A stretch of 64,000 bases of DNA, taken from positions 2,278 to 66,277 of the forward strand of contig JAGOTD010000005.1 in NCBI GenBank assembly GCA_018061945.1. The letters are read 5' to 3'. This document shows positions 24,919 to 34,530 of this stretch, in pieces. This stretch comes from Candidatus Peribacteraceae bacterium (GTDB lineage: Bacteria; Patescibacteriota; Gracilibacteria; Peribacterales; Peribacteraceae). The translations under genes were made by a program, and so were the position numbers. The notes under the pieces are model-generated. The model saw only the letters and a program-made list of their open reading frames with translations, searched no databases and was not told the origin of the DNA. Within the stretch, counting starts at the first letter, position 1. Each line of letters starts with the position of its first letter.

Positions 24919-26721
24919 ATGTCTACCCTTTCTGATCACGAGAAGAAGCTGTTTGAAATCCGTCACTCGCTTGCCCACGTTTTGGCGCAGGCAGTACTCA
25001 AGCTGTGGCCAAAAACGCAGATTACTATTGGTCCGCCGATTGAAACGGGGTGTTACTACGATTTCAAATTTGCTGAACCTATTTCCGATGCAGATTTTGG
25101 ATCCATCGAAAAAGAAATGCGCAAAATTATCAATGTCGGTCAGACATTTAGCTCGCAGACTCTCAGCATCGAAGACGCTATTGCTTTCTGGAAAGAGCGC
25201 GGACAGCCATTCAAAGTCGAGCTCATCGAAGATTTGGCCAAGGCAGGGGAGACGAGTGTCACCAACTACGCAAACGTGGCAGCCGATGGCACCGAAATGT
25301 TTGTGGATCTATGCCGAGGCGGACACGTCGAAAACACCAAGCAGATTCCAGCCGACGGTTTCAAGCTTGCATCACTCGCCGGTTCGTACTGGCGTGGCGA
25401 TGAAAAGCGCGACGCACTCACGCGTATTTACGTGACTGCTTTCGAATCCAAAGAAAAACTAAAGGAATACCAAGTAATGCTCGAGGAAGCCAAAAAGCGT
25501 GATCATCGCAAGCTTGGCAAAGAGCTCGATCTCTTCACATTTAGCGATCTTGTCGGTTCTGGTTTGCCACTGTGGACACCACGCGGCACGTTGCTGCGCA
25601 ACTTGCTCGATGACTACGTGTGGGAGCTACGCCAAGCCAAAGGTTACGAGCGCGTGACTATCCCGCACATCACCAAAAAAGAATTGTACGAAACCAGCGG
25701 CCACTGGCAGAAATTTTCCGATGAGCTGTTTCGCATCACCACTCGCGAAGGTCACGAGTTTGCCATGAAGCCGATGAACTGTCCGCATCACACGCAGATT
25801 TACGGCCGTATTCCGCACAGTTACAAAGACATGCCGCAGCGCTACGCCGAAACAACCACCTGCTATCGTGATGAACAAACCGGTGAGCTGCACGGACTTT
25901 CGCGTGTGCGCGCCTTTACCCAAGACGATGCACACGTGTTCTGTCGCCCGACTCAATCCAAAGATGAGATCCTCAAAATCTGGGAAATTGTCGATACGTT
26001 TTATCCAACCGTTGGTTTTGGCAAACTGCGTGTGCGCCTATCGCTGCATGATCCAAAAAATTTCAATAAGTACTTGGGCACACCAGAAATGTGGAAGAAA
26101 GCCGAGCAAGAAATTCGCGATATTGCAGTCGAGCGCAAAGCTGATTTCTTCGAGGCACCAGGCGAGGCTGCTTTCTACGGTCCGAAAGTCGACTTCATTG
26201 CCCGCGATTCCATTGGTCGCGAGTGGCAGGTGGCGACCATCCAGCTCGATATCAACATGCCCGAGCGCTTCGATCTTTCATGCATCAATGAGCAAGGCGA
26301 AAAAGAACGGATCGTGATGATCCATGCTGCCATCATGGGTTCGCTCGAACGTTTCCTTTCCATCTTCATCGAACATCATGCAGGACTTTTCCCGCTGTGG
26401 GCTGCACCAACGCAGATTGCAATCATTCCTGTAGCGCCGGTGCACGAAGAGTATGCGAGGTCACTTGAAAAAGAATTGATGAGCCACGGTCTGCGCGTTG
26501 CGTTCTACGACGCCAGCGATACCCTCGGTAAGCGCGTGCGCGACGGCGAAAAGCAGAAAATTCCGTATCTGCTTGTCATCGGTGATAAAGAAGTAGAAAG
26601 CAAGTCCGTGTCTGTCCGCAATGTGAAAACGAAGAATCAGGTAACGGTCACGAAGGTCGAGTTTATCGAGAAGACACTGGAAGATGTGAAAGGGCGCAAG
26701 CTGGAGGGGGCGATTGGATAG
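24919..26721 (+). CDS. thrS: Threonine--tRNA ligase (no N-terminal TGS domain)
   Basis: It starts at the editing-domain segment IRHSLAHVLAQA. Class II motifs and the anticodon-binding domain are present. Length is 600 aa. Confidence 0.9.
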   Translation: MSTLSDHEKKLFEIRHSLAHVLAQAVLKLWPKTQITIGPPIETGCYYDFKFAEPISDADFGSIEKEMRKIINVGQTFSSQTLSIEDAIAFWKERGQPFKVELIEDLAKAGETSVTNYANVAADGTEMFVDLCRGGHVENTKQIPADGFKLASLAGSYWRGDEKRDALTRIYVTAFESKEKLKEYQVMLEEAKKRDHRKLGKELDLFTFSDLVGSGLPLWTPRGTLLRNLLDDYVWELRQAKGYERVTIPHITKKELYETSGHWQKFSDELFRITTREGHEFAMKPMNCPHHTQIYGRIPHSYKDMPQRYAETTTCYRDEQTGELHGLSRVRAFTQDDAHVFCRPTQSKDEILKIWEIVDTFYPTVGFGKLRVRLSLHDPKNFNKYLGTPEMWKKAEQEIRDIAVERKADFFEAPGEAAFYGPKVDFIARDSIGREWQVATIQLDINMPERFDLSCINEQGEKERIVMIHAAIMGSLERFLSIFIEHHAGLFPLWAAPTQIAIIPVAPVHEEYARSLEKELMSHGLRVAFYDASDTLGKRVRDGEKQKIPYLLVIGDKEVESKSVSVRNVKTKNQVTVTKVEFIEKTLEDVKGRKLEGAIG

Positions 26722-26726
26722 GCGAA

Positions 26727-26823
26727 TAAGTAAGGTAGGTACGGTAGGTATCGTAAGTATGGTAGGTATTGTTATGAAGCCTACCTTACATACCTTACCT
26801 ACAATACATACCTAACCTACCTG
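26727..26823. repeat. Word-array palindrome, family C (GGTAGGTA words)
   Basis: aagtaaggtaggtacggtaggtatcgtaagtatggtaggtat - spacer - cctaccttacataccttacctacaatacatacctaacctacc. It lies between convergent genes. Confidence 0.85.
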
Positions 26824-27462
26824 TGCATGCAAGAACGCCAACGCCTCTTCATTACTCACTTGCGGAAAGTATTCGTACCATTCACTCACGCTATTAAATG
26901 GAGAAGGGGTAGAGTGGCAAATCACTTTGCTTACTTCGTGTTCGAATGCGGCAATGAGATCTGGTGCACACACTGGTAAACACACGATGACTTCTTTTGC
27001 TTTTTTGGTATGCATATCGGCAATAGCCGCCATCATGCTGATGCCGGTTGCAGCACCATCATCAACCAGGAGAACGGTTGCCCCTTCCACATTTGGGTTC
27101 TTCTCCGCCGCAAACAATTGTCGGCGATGATGAAACTCGGTGCGTTCTTGTTGGAGAAGAGGTTCTAAATGATCATAACTAAATCCATGATCACTCAATG
27201 TCATTTCATCTAGATACATCGCGCCTTCGCCGGAAATGGCACCAAGGCCAAATTCCCGATGGGTCGGATGATTGATTTTCCGGACAATGCACGGATACAG
27301 CGGCAGATTGAGCCGATCGGCAACTGCGCGACCGACAATAACGCCGCCGCGCACGAGGGCAAAAATATACGTATTGTCCGCACCCGAATACTGCAGCAAA
27401 TGATTCGCCAGCTCGGTACCAGCGTGTGTGCGATCACGAAAGAGGGGAGAGGAATGTTGCAT
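26812..27462 (-). CDS. Phosphoribosyltransferase-family protein
   Basis: FRDRTHAG at the N-terminus and the PRPP loop VLLVDDGAATG are present. Confidence 0.8.
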   Translation of the reverse strand: MQHSSPLFRDRTHAGTELANHLLQYSGADNTYIFALVRGGVIVGRAVADRLNLPLYPCIVRKINHPTHREFGLGAISGEGAMYLDEMTLSDHGFSYDHLEPLLQQERTEFHHRRQLFAAEKNPNVEGATVLLVDDGAATGISMMAAIADMHTKKAKEVIVCLPVCAPDLIAAFEHEVSKVICHSTPSPFNSVSEWYEYFPQVSNEEALAFLHAQVG

Positions 27463-27590
27463 AGTGTTATAACTGACGAATTACTTCTGTTTCTCTTTCA
27501 TTCTTCTGTTGCAAATTACTCAAGCAATGTGAGAGCGACCTTCTGGCATCTGGTTTCAGATGACGTGTCCTGCTATCCTTCAAGGTACCT

Positions 27591-28514
27591 ATGTTCGAGG
27601 CATTTCAGTTCGGCCCGGCGATCATCTGGATGAGGCTTTTGTTTTTGTTGATTGCCTTATGGCTATCAACAGAATTTTTCTTGCGCTTAACTGAGTCGGC
27701 GAATTTAAGTTTGCAGGATTTAAAGCAGCATGCGAAATGGCATATTCTGGCGTTTGTGCTGATGGGCCGCGCGTTTGCCATTCTGGGTGCGTATCAAACG
27801 TACATTAAGGCTCCGCTGCGCATGTTTATTTTGTGGGACGGCAGTTTCAGTTTTATGGGTGGCGCTATCGGTATCGCCCTCGTTCTCTTTTGGTCAACAC
27901 AACATCAGCGCGTTACGTTCTTGCAGTGGCTGGATGTCCTGTTGCCGGCAACAACGTTTGGTCTCGCCTTCGATTGGGTAGGGATGTTCTTGGCTGCTCA
28001 ATCCTATGGCAAGCCGACCAATCTTCCGTGGGGGATAACCGTCAACGCTTTTAACGTTCGATACGCCGTTCCTATTCATCCGGTTCAGCTGTACTACGCA
28101 ACGTTCTTTTTTATCCTCACTTTTGTTCTGCTGCTTACGCGCAAGTATTCCCGTCGCGCCGGTGCCGAAACATTGTTTGGCATTATTCTGGCTGCTCTTG
28201 CCATTTTCTTCCTCGAGTTTGTGCGCGGCGATAGTACGATTGCCGTGTTTGCGAAAGTGACAGACTTGCTCTTCCTGTTCTGTCTGTTCATCAGTCTCGG
28301 TGTGCTGGCGGCAGTAGAATTGAAGCTCACGCCACGTATGAATGCTGTGTACGGTACGACCGTTGGTATTCTCACTGTTGCCTACGTTATTGCGCGCAAT
28401 TGGATTTCTTTCGGGCAATTTCAGCTGCGGTTCAGTCAACTTCTTGCTATCCTCGCCTTACTTGCCACGATCGTGTACGTCGTCGTCCACCGCCGTAAGT
28501 ATCCGCATCTTTAA
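27591..28514 (+). CDS. lgt: Prolipoprotein diacylglyceryl transferase-like
   Basis: Multi-TM protein. YGKPTNLPWGITV and HPVQLYYA match Lgt signature segments. Confidence 0.75.
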   Translation: MFEAFQFGPAIIWMRLLFLLIALWLSTEFFLRLTESANLSLQDLKQHAKWHILAFVLMGRAFAILGAYQTYIKAPLRMFILWDGSFSFMGGAIGIALVLFWSTQHQRVTFLQWLDVLLPATTFGLAFDWVGMFLAAQSYGKPTNLPWGITVNAFNVRYAVPIHPVQLYYATFFFILTFVLLLTRKYSRRAGAETLFGIILAALAIFFLEFVRGDSTIAVFAKVTDLLFLFCLFISLGVLAAVELKLTPRMNAVYGTTVGILTVAYVIARNWISFGQFQLRFSQLLAILALLATIVYVVVHRRKYPHL

Positions 28515-28535
28515 TTCTCCTTCCCTCTCTTTGCC

Positions 28536-28937
28536 GTGATCACTCTTCCTTTTGCACCACTCAATGCCTGGATACAACTTCTGTCATCCAATCCATCATT
28601 GTTCTACTTACAATTAACCATGGTGATGATTGCGGCATTGCTGGTGTTTTTGGTGTTGTTTACCACGCGCGATATTCTTTTGCGTTCGCGGTCGTTTCTG
28701 GTGCAGTTTATATGCATTCTGATTGTGGCATTGCTTCCGGGACTCGGCTTTCTCATCTACCTGCTCGTTCGCCCGGCACGTACCAATCGTGAGCGACTGC
28801 TGGAAGAAATGGTCATGGATCTCTCCGATGATCTCAAAGATCTGTCGGATCAAGTCACGCAGCGCAAAACAATGCCAGCCAAGCACATCCCACCGGTATT
28901 CAAGATGCATCCGAAGAAGGGGAGTAAAGATGAGTGA
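28536..28937 (+). CDS. Small membrane protein (PLD-N-terminal-like)
   Basis: GTG start and two TM helices. LLPGLGFLIYLLVRP resembles the cardiolipin-synthase N-terminal motif. Confidence 0.65.
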   Translation: MITLPFAPLNAWIQLLSSNPSLFYLQLTMVMIAALLVFLVLFTTRDILLRSRSFLVQFICILIVALLPGLGFLIYLLVRPARTNRERLLEEMVMDLSDDLKDLSDQVTQRKTMPAKHIPPVFKMHPKKGSKDE

Positions 28938-28971
28938 TAGAATGGGTGGATGTTTTTATGGAACAGAAATT

Positions 28972-29056
28972 TAGGTACGGTATGTAAGGTAGGTCTGGTA
29001 GGTAAAGTAAGTAATACCTACTGTACCTACTATACTTACATTACCTACCTTACCTC
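28972..29056. repeat. Word-array palindrome, family C
   Basis: taggtacggtatgtaaggtaggtctggtaggtaaagtaagtaa - tacctactgtacctactatacttacattacctaccttacc. Confidence 0.85.
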
Positions 29057-29127
29057 CTGCCCCGATTACTCTTTGACTCATCGCCCGGTATGTCTTACTC
29101 TTCCGGCGTTCTTCCTCTCCTCGCTTC

Positions 29128-29547
29128 ATGTCCACTCTCACACCTTTTCTTTCTTATTGGTTCTGGCCACGCCTTGGTGGTGGACTTCAGTACTCGGATC
29201 CAAAAGTTATTGCTCTGCTTACAGTCTGTGGACTGTTTGTTGTTGTTTCCATCGCGCTACGATTCTGGAGAAAGAAATTATCGAATCCTATTACTAAAAA
29301 ATTGTCGTCTTCCTGGCCAACAGCTGCTATGACTTTTGGCATTATCGGACTTATTCTTATTATCAGCCGCGTCGAAGATATTCAGTTTATCGAGATGCGC
29401 TTTATGTGGGTTTTGTGGGCTTTGGCATTGGCTATTTATGTTGTCTTTCAGTGGTTCAGTTTTATGCGTCGTCACTACACAGTAGTCCAGAAGCAGAAAG
29501 TGATTGATGTGCGCGACAGATATATGCCGACGAAGAAGAGGAGATAG
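29128..29547 (+). CDS. Membrane protein, function unknown
   Basis: 139 aa with 3-4 hydrophobic helices and a basic C-terminus. Confidence 0.65.
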   Translation: MSTLTPFLSYWFWPRLGGGLQYSDPKVIALLTVCGLFVVVSIALRFWRKKLSNPITKKLSSSWPTAAMTFGIIGLILIISRVEDIQFIEMRFMWVLWALALAIYVVFQWFSFMRRHYTVVQKQKVIDVRDRYMPTKKRR

Positions 29548-29585
29548 AGAAAAGCTCGAGGTTGGTGGATTTGAAGATTGATCTT

Positions 29586-29676
29586 AAGTAAGTAAGGTAG
29601 GTACGGTACGTATAGTAGGTCAGGTAAGTATTCAATTACCTACTATACTTACCTTACTTACAATACCTACATTACC
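29586..29676. repeat. Word-array palindrome, family C
   Basis: aagtaagtaaggtaggtacggtacgtatagtaggtcaggtaagta - ttcaa - ttacctactatacttaccttacttacaatacctacattacc. Confidence 0.85.
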
Positions 29677-29774
29677 CAGCACTCTGCTCCACTATAAACA
29701 TCCACCAACCCCGCCTCTCCCTTCACATCAGTCCATGTAAAGAAATCTTTGCTATTGACTCTCTATTCTGTCTA

Positions 29775-30962
29775 GTGAAGAATCACTTTCCTGTGCCACT
29801 CAAGCATCATACAGAGACGGCGTTCCTTCTTATCCTGATGCTCATCATCGCGGTGATGGGTATTGCGGTGTCGCTTTTGCCGCCTGTTCCAGACGGTTTA
29901 CTGTACTGGGGTTTGTTATTTGCGCTCTCACTTGCCTACCCGGTCGCACTGCTGCCGCTGTTTCGTGATAACCGTGCGGATTACGAATTTCGTTTCCTGC
30001 ATTGGTTTCCGGCGTTCATGCTTTTACTCTGGTTGCTGCTGCAAAGCCTAGGTCATATGTATACATTGGCGCTTGTGCTGCTGATTGGTATGACGTTTTT
30101 ATGGTCGCTTCCACTGGTATTTTTCGGAGCATTTTTGCTCATCTTCTTTGCACTCCATGTCATTCGTCGTCGCGTGGCGCGTGTGGGTGTTACTCTTGCG
30201 CTCATGGCGATTTTCCTCGTGGGGAGTGTGTTGTCTGAGGCAATGGATTGGAACAAGCGTCTATCCGCTGCCATCTTTCCTCGTACAGTGCTTAGTGACA
30301 GGGTTGCCGGTGTCTATCGCAATTGGTTTCCTGGTACATCGTTCATTGCGAGCATCACATCGTCGTCGAGTTCGATTCCTATGTTCGTCCCCATCGATCA
30401 TGCGAAAGATTCGTCTTCATCGCGGGCGTCAACAGGCATGTCTTCTCTGGGAAATGGTTCTTACAATTTCCCGCCACCGCTTTCGTCTTCAGCGGCTTTG
30501 TCGTCATCCGCACCTCGCGTGAGTAGTAGCTCTTCACGAGCTGCCGTTCTTTCATCGAGCCGATCGTCAGTTGCCAGTTCAAAAAAGAGTTCTTCACTCT
30601 CAAGCAACTCGTCGTCCAAAGCTCCGCGCTCCTCCAGTCGCTCATCAGCTCCGATTGTTGCCATTAACAGTTCGAGCAGTGTTCCAGTCACTATCAGTTC
30701 ATCATCTGTGAGCAGCAGTGCTTCCTCTTCCATCAGTCCTATTTTGAGCGCCGGATTCTCATCATCCATCATCACCGATATCAATTCGTATAATTTGCCT
30801 GCACCCAATCCGCAGATTATCGCTTCGCGCGATGCGATGGAAAAGCTACGCAAGCGCAAGCGTTTGCCACGCTCGGGCCCAGAAGACTTTGGTGTTATCG
30901 CACTCACGCTTCTGGCAAGCTACAGTGCGGTTATTCACTATAGAGCAAGAAAGAGGATCTAG
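29775..30962 (+). CDS. Membrane protein with a long Ser-rich low-complexity region and a C-terminal anchor
   Basis: GTG start. There is an N-terminal multi-TM block, then about 140 aa dominated by Ser. A C-terminal TM is followed by a basic tail (YRARKRI). Confidence 0.7.
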   Translation: MKNHFPVPLKHHTETAFLLILMLIIAVMGIAVSLLPPVPDGLLYWGLLFALSLAYPVALLPLFRDNRADYEFRFLHWFPAFMLLLWLLLQSLGHMYTLALVLLIGMTFLWSLPLVFFGAFLLIFFALHVIRRRVARVGVTLALMAIFLVGSVLSEAMDWNKRLSAAIFPRTVLSDRVAGVYRNWFPGTSFIASITSSSSSIPMFVPIDHAKDSSSSRASTGMSSLGNGSYNFPPPLSSSAALSSSAPRVSSSSSRAAVLSSSRSSVASSKKSSSLSSNSSSKAPRSSSRSSAPIVAINSSSSVPVTISSSSVSSSASSSISPILSAGFSSSIITDINSYNLPAPNPQIIASRDAMEKLRKRKRLPRSGPEDFGVIALTLLASYSAVIHYRARKRI

Positions 30963-31001
30963 CGCTTTCTTTAGCATCTATTGCGCCTATACTACGTCTC
31001 T

Positions 31002-31751
31002 ATGGTACGTCGTTTTCTTTTGCCTCTGGTTGTCATCGGCGCTCTGGTATTCGCAGTGTTTCAGTTCACTCCTTTACCAGCCAAGATCGAGCGCAAAGTG
31101 CAAACGATGCAGGTGGTAAAGGTATCGGTGCCCAAAACGTCTACTGGCGCGATCTCGGTATCCGAACCTGATGTTCCGCTCGACGAAGTGAATTGGCCGG
31201 TGCCGTTTACGTCTCAAGCGCCAACTGCCAATTGGGATCCCATCCACGAAGATGCATGCGAAGAGGCGAGTGTAGCCATGGTGCTGCGCTACTTCGATAA
31301 ACAGCCATTTACTAGTCCCGCTGATGCAGACGTGCAAATACAGTATCTGGTCGAGCTGAATGAAAAGACATTTGGCTACGACAAAAGCCAGACAGCCAAG
31401 CAAGTGGTGGAGATGCTCGAACACGAAAGCGACAAATTAGATATCGCTATCGTTCCTGCAACAGAGGAGTCTTTGAAGCAAGCGCTCTCCAAAGGCTCGA
31501 TCATTATTGTGCCAGCAACCGGCAAGGATCTTAAAAATCCGTACTTTCAAAATCCGCCGCCGGTGTACCACATGCTCGTTGCACGTGGGTATACGAGTAA
31601 TGGTTACGTTATTACCAATGATCCAGGCACCAAGCGCGGTGAGGAATTTGCGTATACATGGAGCACGCTTCTCAACTCCATCCATGACTGGAACGATGGC
31701 GATGTGGATAATGGCGCAAAGGTGGTGATTGTGATCAGTCGGAAAAAATAA
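31002..31751 (+). CDS. Peptidase C39-like (YvpB-type) secreted protein
   Basis: There is an N-terminal TM. VPFTSQAPTANWDPIHEDACEEASVAMVL contains the catalytic-Cys segment typical of the C39_2 family. Confidence 0.7.
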   Translation: MVRRFLLPLVVIGALVFAVFQFTPLPAKIERKVQTMQVVKVSVPKTSTGAISVSEPDVPLDEVNWPVPFTSQAPTANWDPIHEDACEEASVAMVLRYFDKQPFTSPADADVQIQYLVELNEKTFGYDKSQTAKQVVEMLEHESDKLDIAIVPATEESLKQALSKGSIIIVPATGKDLKNPYFQNPPPVYHMLVARGYTSNGYVITNDPGTKRGEEFAYTWSTLLNSIHDWNDGDVDNGAKVVIVISRKK

Positions 31752-31815
31752 GAGATTCGATTAAGAAAACCTCGCAGCGCGCGAGTGCCATAAAAGCGAC
31801 TACAACTCTATGAAG

Positions 31816-31845
31816 TGTCATAGTGAGCGCAGTCGAACTATGACA
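31816..31845. repeat. Hairpin word, family G (TGTCATAGTGAGCGNAGTCGAACTATG)
   Basis: tgtcatagt-gagcgcagtcga-actatgaca. A second copy lies at 35077-35103. Both are read as CHSERSRTM in the track ORFs. Confidence 0.85.
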
Positions 31846-31935
31846 CGCTTGCGTTTGGGTCTGCGGCAACTCATCCTCTGCATCATTTGTTTCTTCTGTT
31901 TCCTCTGGTTCCTCTCTGCGCTACACTGCCCGCAT

Positions 31936-33201
31936 ATGACTACTCTCTCCTCACTCAAAGCTCGACAGATCCTCGATTCCCGCGGCAACCCGACTCTCGA
32001 AGTCGATTGTCTTCTTTCCGATGGTTCATTCGGCCGCAGCGCCGTTCCATCCGGTGCATCTACCGGTACACACGAAGCACTTGAGCTTCGCGATGGCAAC
32101 AAGTCCGTTTATCTCGGCAAGTCCGTTCTCAAGGCTCGCGATAATGTGAACGCCAAAATCCTTCCCGCACTCACCGGCAAAGACGTTGCCGATCATCGTG
32201 CGATCGACAAAATTATGTTGGAACTCGACGGTACAGACAATAAATCATCTCTCGGTGCCAACGCCATTCTTGGTGTCTCTATGGCCGTTGCACGCGCTCG
32301 TGCAGTCTCCGAAAAGAAATCTCTTTGGAAGTCGCTTGCCGATCAGTTCGGTACGCAAAACCAGACGTGGCTTCCAACTCCGATGATGAACGTCATCAAT
32401 GGTGGTGCTCATGCCGACAGCGGACTCAGTTTTCAGGAATGTATGGTGATCCCAACAGATTTCCCAAGTTTCTCCGAAGCACTACGCGCCGGTGCCGAAA
32501 TTTTCCACACGCTCAAAGGCCTTCTCAAGAAGGCTGGCTACACCACAGCCGTTGGTGATGAAGGTGGTTTTGCGCCTCACGTAAAAGACAGTAACGAAGC
32601 CTTTAGCTTCCTCATGGAATCCATCAAAGCTGCGGGTTACGAAGGCAAAGTAAAGCTCGGTATCGACTGTGCTGCCTCCGAGTTCTATAAGGAAGGAAAG
32701 TATCACGTGGATGGTAAAGTCTTAAGCTCGGTTGAGCTTGTCGATTTCTACGCCGATCTCGTGAATGCGTATCCAATTGTGAGCATCGAAGACAGCCACG
32801 CCGAAGATGACTGGGCAGGGTTTGTCACTATGCAGGAAACATTCGGCGACAAAGTGCAGTTGGTTGGCGACGACTTGTTTGTCACCAATCCTAAGCGCAT
32901 TAAGGAAGGTATGGAGAAGAAAGCTGCCAATGCCGTACTCATCAAGCTCAACCAAATCGGATCATTGTCCGAGACAGTCGATGCGATTCAAATGAGTCAG
33001 AAAGCAGGTTGGAACTCTGTCGCAAGTCACCGCAGCGGCGAAACCGAAGACAGCTTTATTGCCGATCTTGCGGTCGGTCTTGCAACGGGCCAGATCAAAA
33101 CAGGTTCCCTCTCTCGCACCGACCGTGTGTGTAAGTACAACCAGCTCCTGCGTATCGAAGAAGAGCTTGGCAGCAAAGCTGTGTACAGCTCGCCGTTCTG
33201 A
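31936..33201 (+). CDS. eno: Enolase
   Basis: The true start is [32 protein letters not shown] is present near the C-terminus. The track start at 31810 would translate the family G hairpin. Confidence 0.95.
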   Translation: MTTLSSLKARQILDSRGNPTLEVDCLLSDGSFGRSAVPSGASTGTHEALELRDGNKSVYLGKSVLKARDNVNAKILPALTGKDVADHRAIDKIMLELDGTDNKSSLGANAILGVSMAVARARAVSEKKSLWKSLADQFGTQNQTWLPTPMMNVINGGAHADSGLSFQECMVIPTDFPSFSEALRAGAEIFHTLKGLLKKAGYTTAVGDEGGFAPHVKDSNEAFSFLMESIKAAGYEGKVKLGIDCAASEFYKEGKYHVDGKVLSSVELVDFYADLVNAYPIVSIEDSHAEDDWAGFVTMQETFGDKVQLVGDDLFVTNPKRIKEGMEKKAANAVLIKLNQIGSLSETVDAIQMSQKAGWNSVASHRSGETEDSFIADLAVGLATGQIKTGSLSRTDRVCKYNQLLRIEEELGSKAVYSSPF

Positions 33202-33214
33202 TTTGATTTATTAA

Positions 33215-33258
33215 TTTGGTAGTAGCCGGCGATTTAAACCGCCGGCTACCAAATTTTT
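33215..33258 (+). terminator. eno terminator
   Basis: TTTGGTAGTAGCCGGCG-atttaaa-CCGCCGGCTACCAAA followed by TTTTT. Confidence 0.8.
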
Positions 33259-33274
33259 CATCTGATTTCCTGCC

Positions 33275-34453
33275 TTGCTTAAGAAAATCCTCCTTCTCGG
33301 CTCTGGTGAACTTGGAAAAGAGTTCACCATTGCTGTAAAGAGGCTTGGTCAAACAGTGATTGCAGTTGATTCCTATGTGGGTGCACCCGCACATCAGGTC
33401 GCCGATGACTGCGAGGTTATTAACATGCTCGATGGTAGCGAACTTGATCGTATAGTCGCTAAGCACAAGCCGGACATCATTGTCCCCGAAATCGAAGCGA
33501 TTCGTACCGAGCGCCTATATGATTATGAAAAGCAGGGGATACAAGTGGTGCCGTCGGCCCGCGCCGCAAATTTCACCATGAATCGCAAAGCGATTCGCGA
33601 TCTTGCCGCAACCGAACTCGGGCTTCAAACAGCCAAGTTTGCCTACGCCACTACACTTGATGAATGCAAAGCAGCTGCAGACAGCATGGGCTATCCGTGT
33701 GTCATCAAGCCGCTTATGTCATCCTCTGGCAAAGGCCAGTCCGTCATCAAAACAGCAGCCGATGTCGCAACGTGTTTTGAGAATGCTATCACCAAAGGTC
33801 GCGGTGGTTTACAGGAAGTGATTGTTGAACAGTTCATTAACTTTGATTACGAAATCACCTTGCTCACCGTTACACAGCAAAATGGCATCACACTTTTCTG
33901 TCCGCCGATTGGTCACAGGCAGGAGAGAGGGGACTATATGGAAAGCTGGCAGCCGATTGCCATGAAGCCCGAGCATCTCGAAGAAGCCAAACGTATGGCT
34001 TCAGCCGCTACCAAAGCGCTTTCCGGCAGTGGTATCTGGGGGGTGGAATTTTTTATTTCCAATGCCGATGGCGTGTACTTCTCAGAACTTTCCCCGCGTC
34101 CGCACGATACGGGTATGGTCACTCTTGCCGGCAGTCAGAACTTTTCGGAATTCGAACTGCACGCCCGCGCCGTACTCGGCTTGCCGATTCCAGAAATCAC
34201 CCTCGAACGCATGGCAGCGAGCGCTGTTATTCTCGCTACCAAAGAAAGTCCCATCATCAAAGATTATGCAGGTCTCGAGAAGGCAGCTGCAATCGCTCAA
34301 AGCGATATTCGCATTTTCGGAAAGCCATCGACCCGCGTACACCGCCGTATGGGAGTGGCTGTTGCCTACGATAACCCGCAGACCGGCAATATCGATCAGC
34401 TGCGTAAAAAGGCAAAGGAGATTGCGGATATGATTACGATTGTCACAGAGTAA
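33275..34453 (+). CDS. purT: Formate-dependent phosphoribosylglycinamide formyltransferase (PurT-type ATP-grasp)
   Basis: [14 protein letters not shown] at the N-terminus, an ATP-grasp core, and the C-terminal RRMGVAVA segment are present. TTG start. Confidence 0.8.
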   Translation: MLKKILLLGSGELGKEFTIAVKRLGQTVIAVDSYVGAPAHQVADDCEVINMLDGSELDRIVAKHKPDIIVPEIEAIRTERLYDYEKQGIQVVPSARAANFTMNRKAIRDLAATELGLQTAKFAYATTLDECKAAADSMGYPCVIKPLMSSSGKGQSVIKTAADVATCFENAITKGRGGLQEVIVEQFINFDYEITLLTVTQQNGITLFCPPIGHRQERGDYMESWQPIAMKPEHLEEAKRMASAATKALSGSGIWGVEFFISNADGVYFSELSPRPHDTGMVTLAGSQNFSEFELHARAVLGLPIPEITLERMAASAVILATKESPIIKDYAGLEKAAAIAQSDIRIFGKPSTRVHRRMGVAVAYDNPQTGNIDQLRKKAKEIADMITIVTE

Positions 34454-34530
34454 CACAGGGTGCCTCATATAAAATCAGCCAAAAACCTTTCTGCCATTTC
34501 TGCCCTTTCTCCCTTTTCTGCCTTCAACAA

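Noticed and set aside
24778-24978. 66-aa - strand ORF between dnaA and thrS
   Set aside because: It is composed of translated repeat words (family B arm and the GGGCCTGAGGGC module) and overlaps the thrS start.
24919-25100. thrS lacking the TGS domain as a notable anomaly
   Set aside because: N-terminally shortened ThrRS forms starting at the editing domain are known. The rest of the enzyme is canonical.
26727-29676. CRISPR array interpretation of the word repeats
   Set aside because: The repeats are 7-9-nt degenerate words in direct contact, with no unique spacers. The arms are mutually complementary, and there are no cas genes.
31810-31935. N-terminal extensions of eno and of the lipoprotein gene (35074-35220), both starting ..CHSERSRTM
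   Set aside because: The shared peptide is the translation of the family G hairpin. Canonical enolase and lipoprotein-signal N-termini begin at the internal ATGs.
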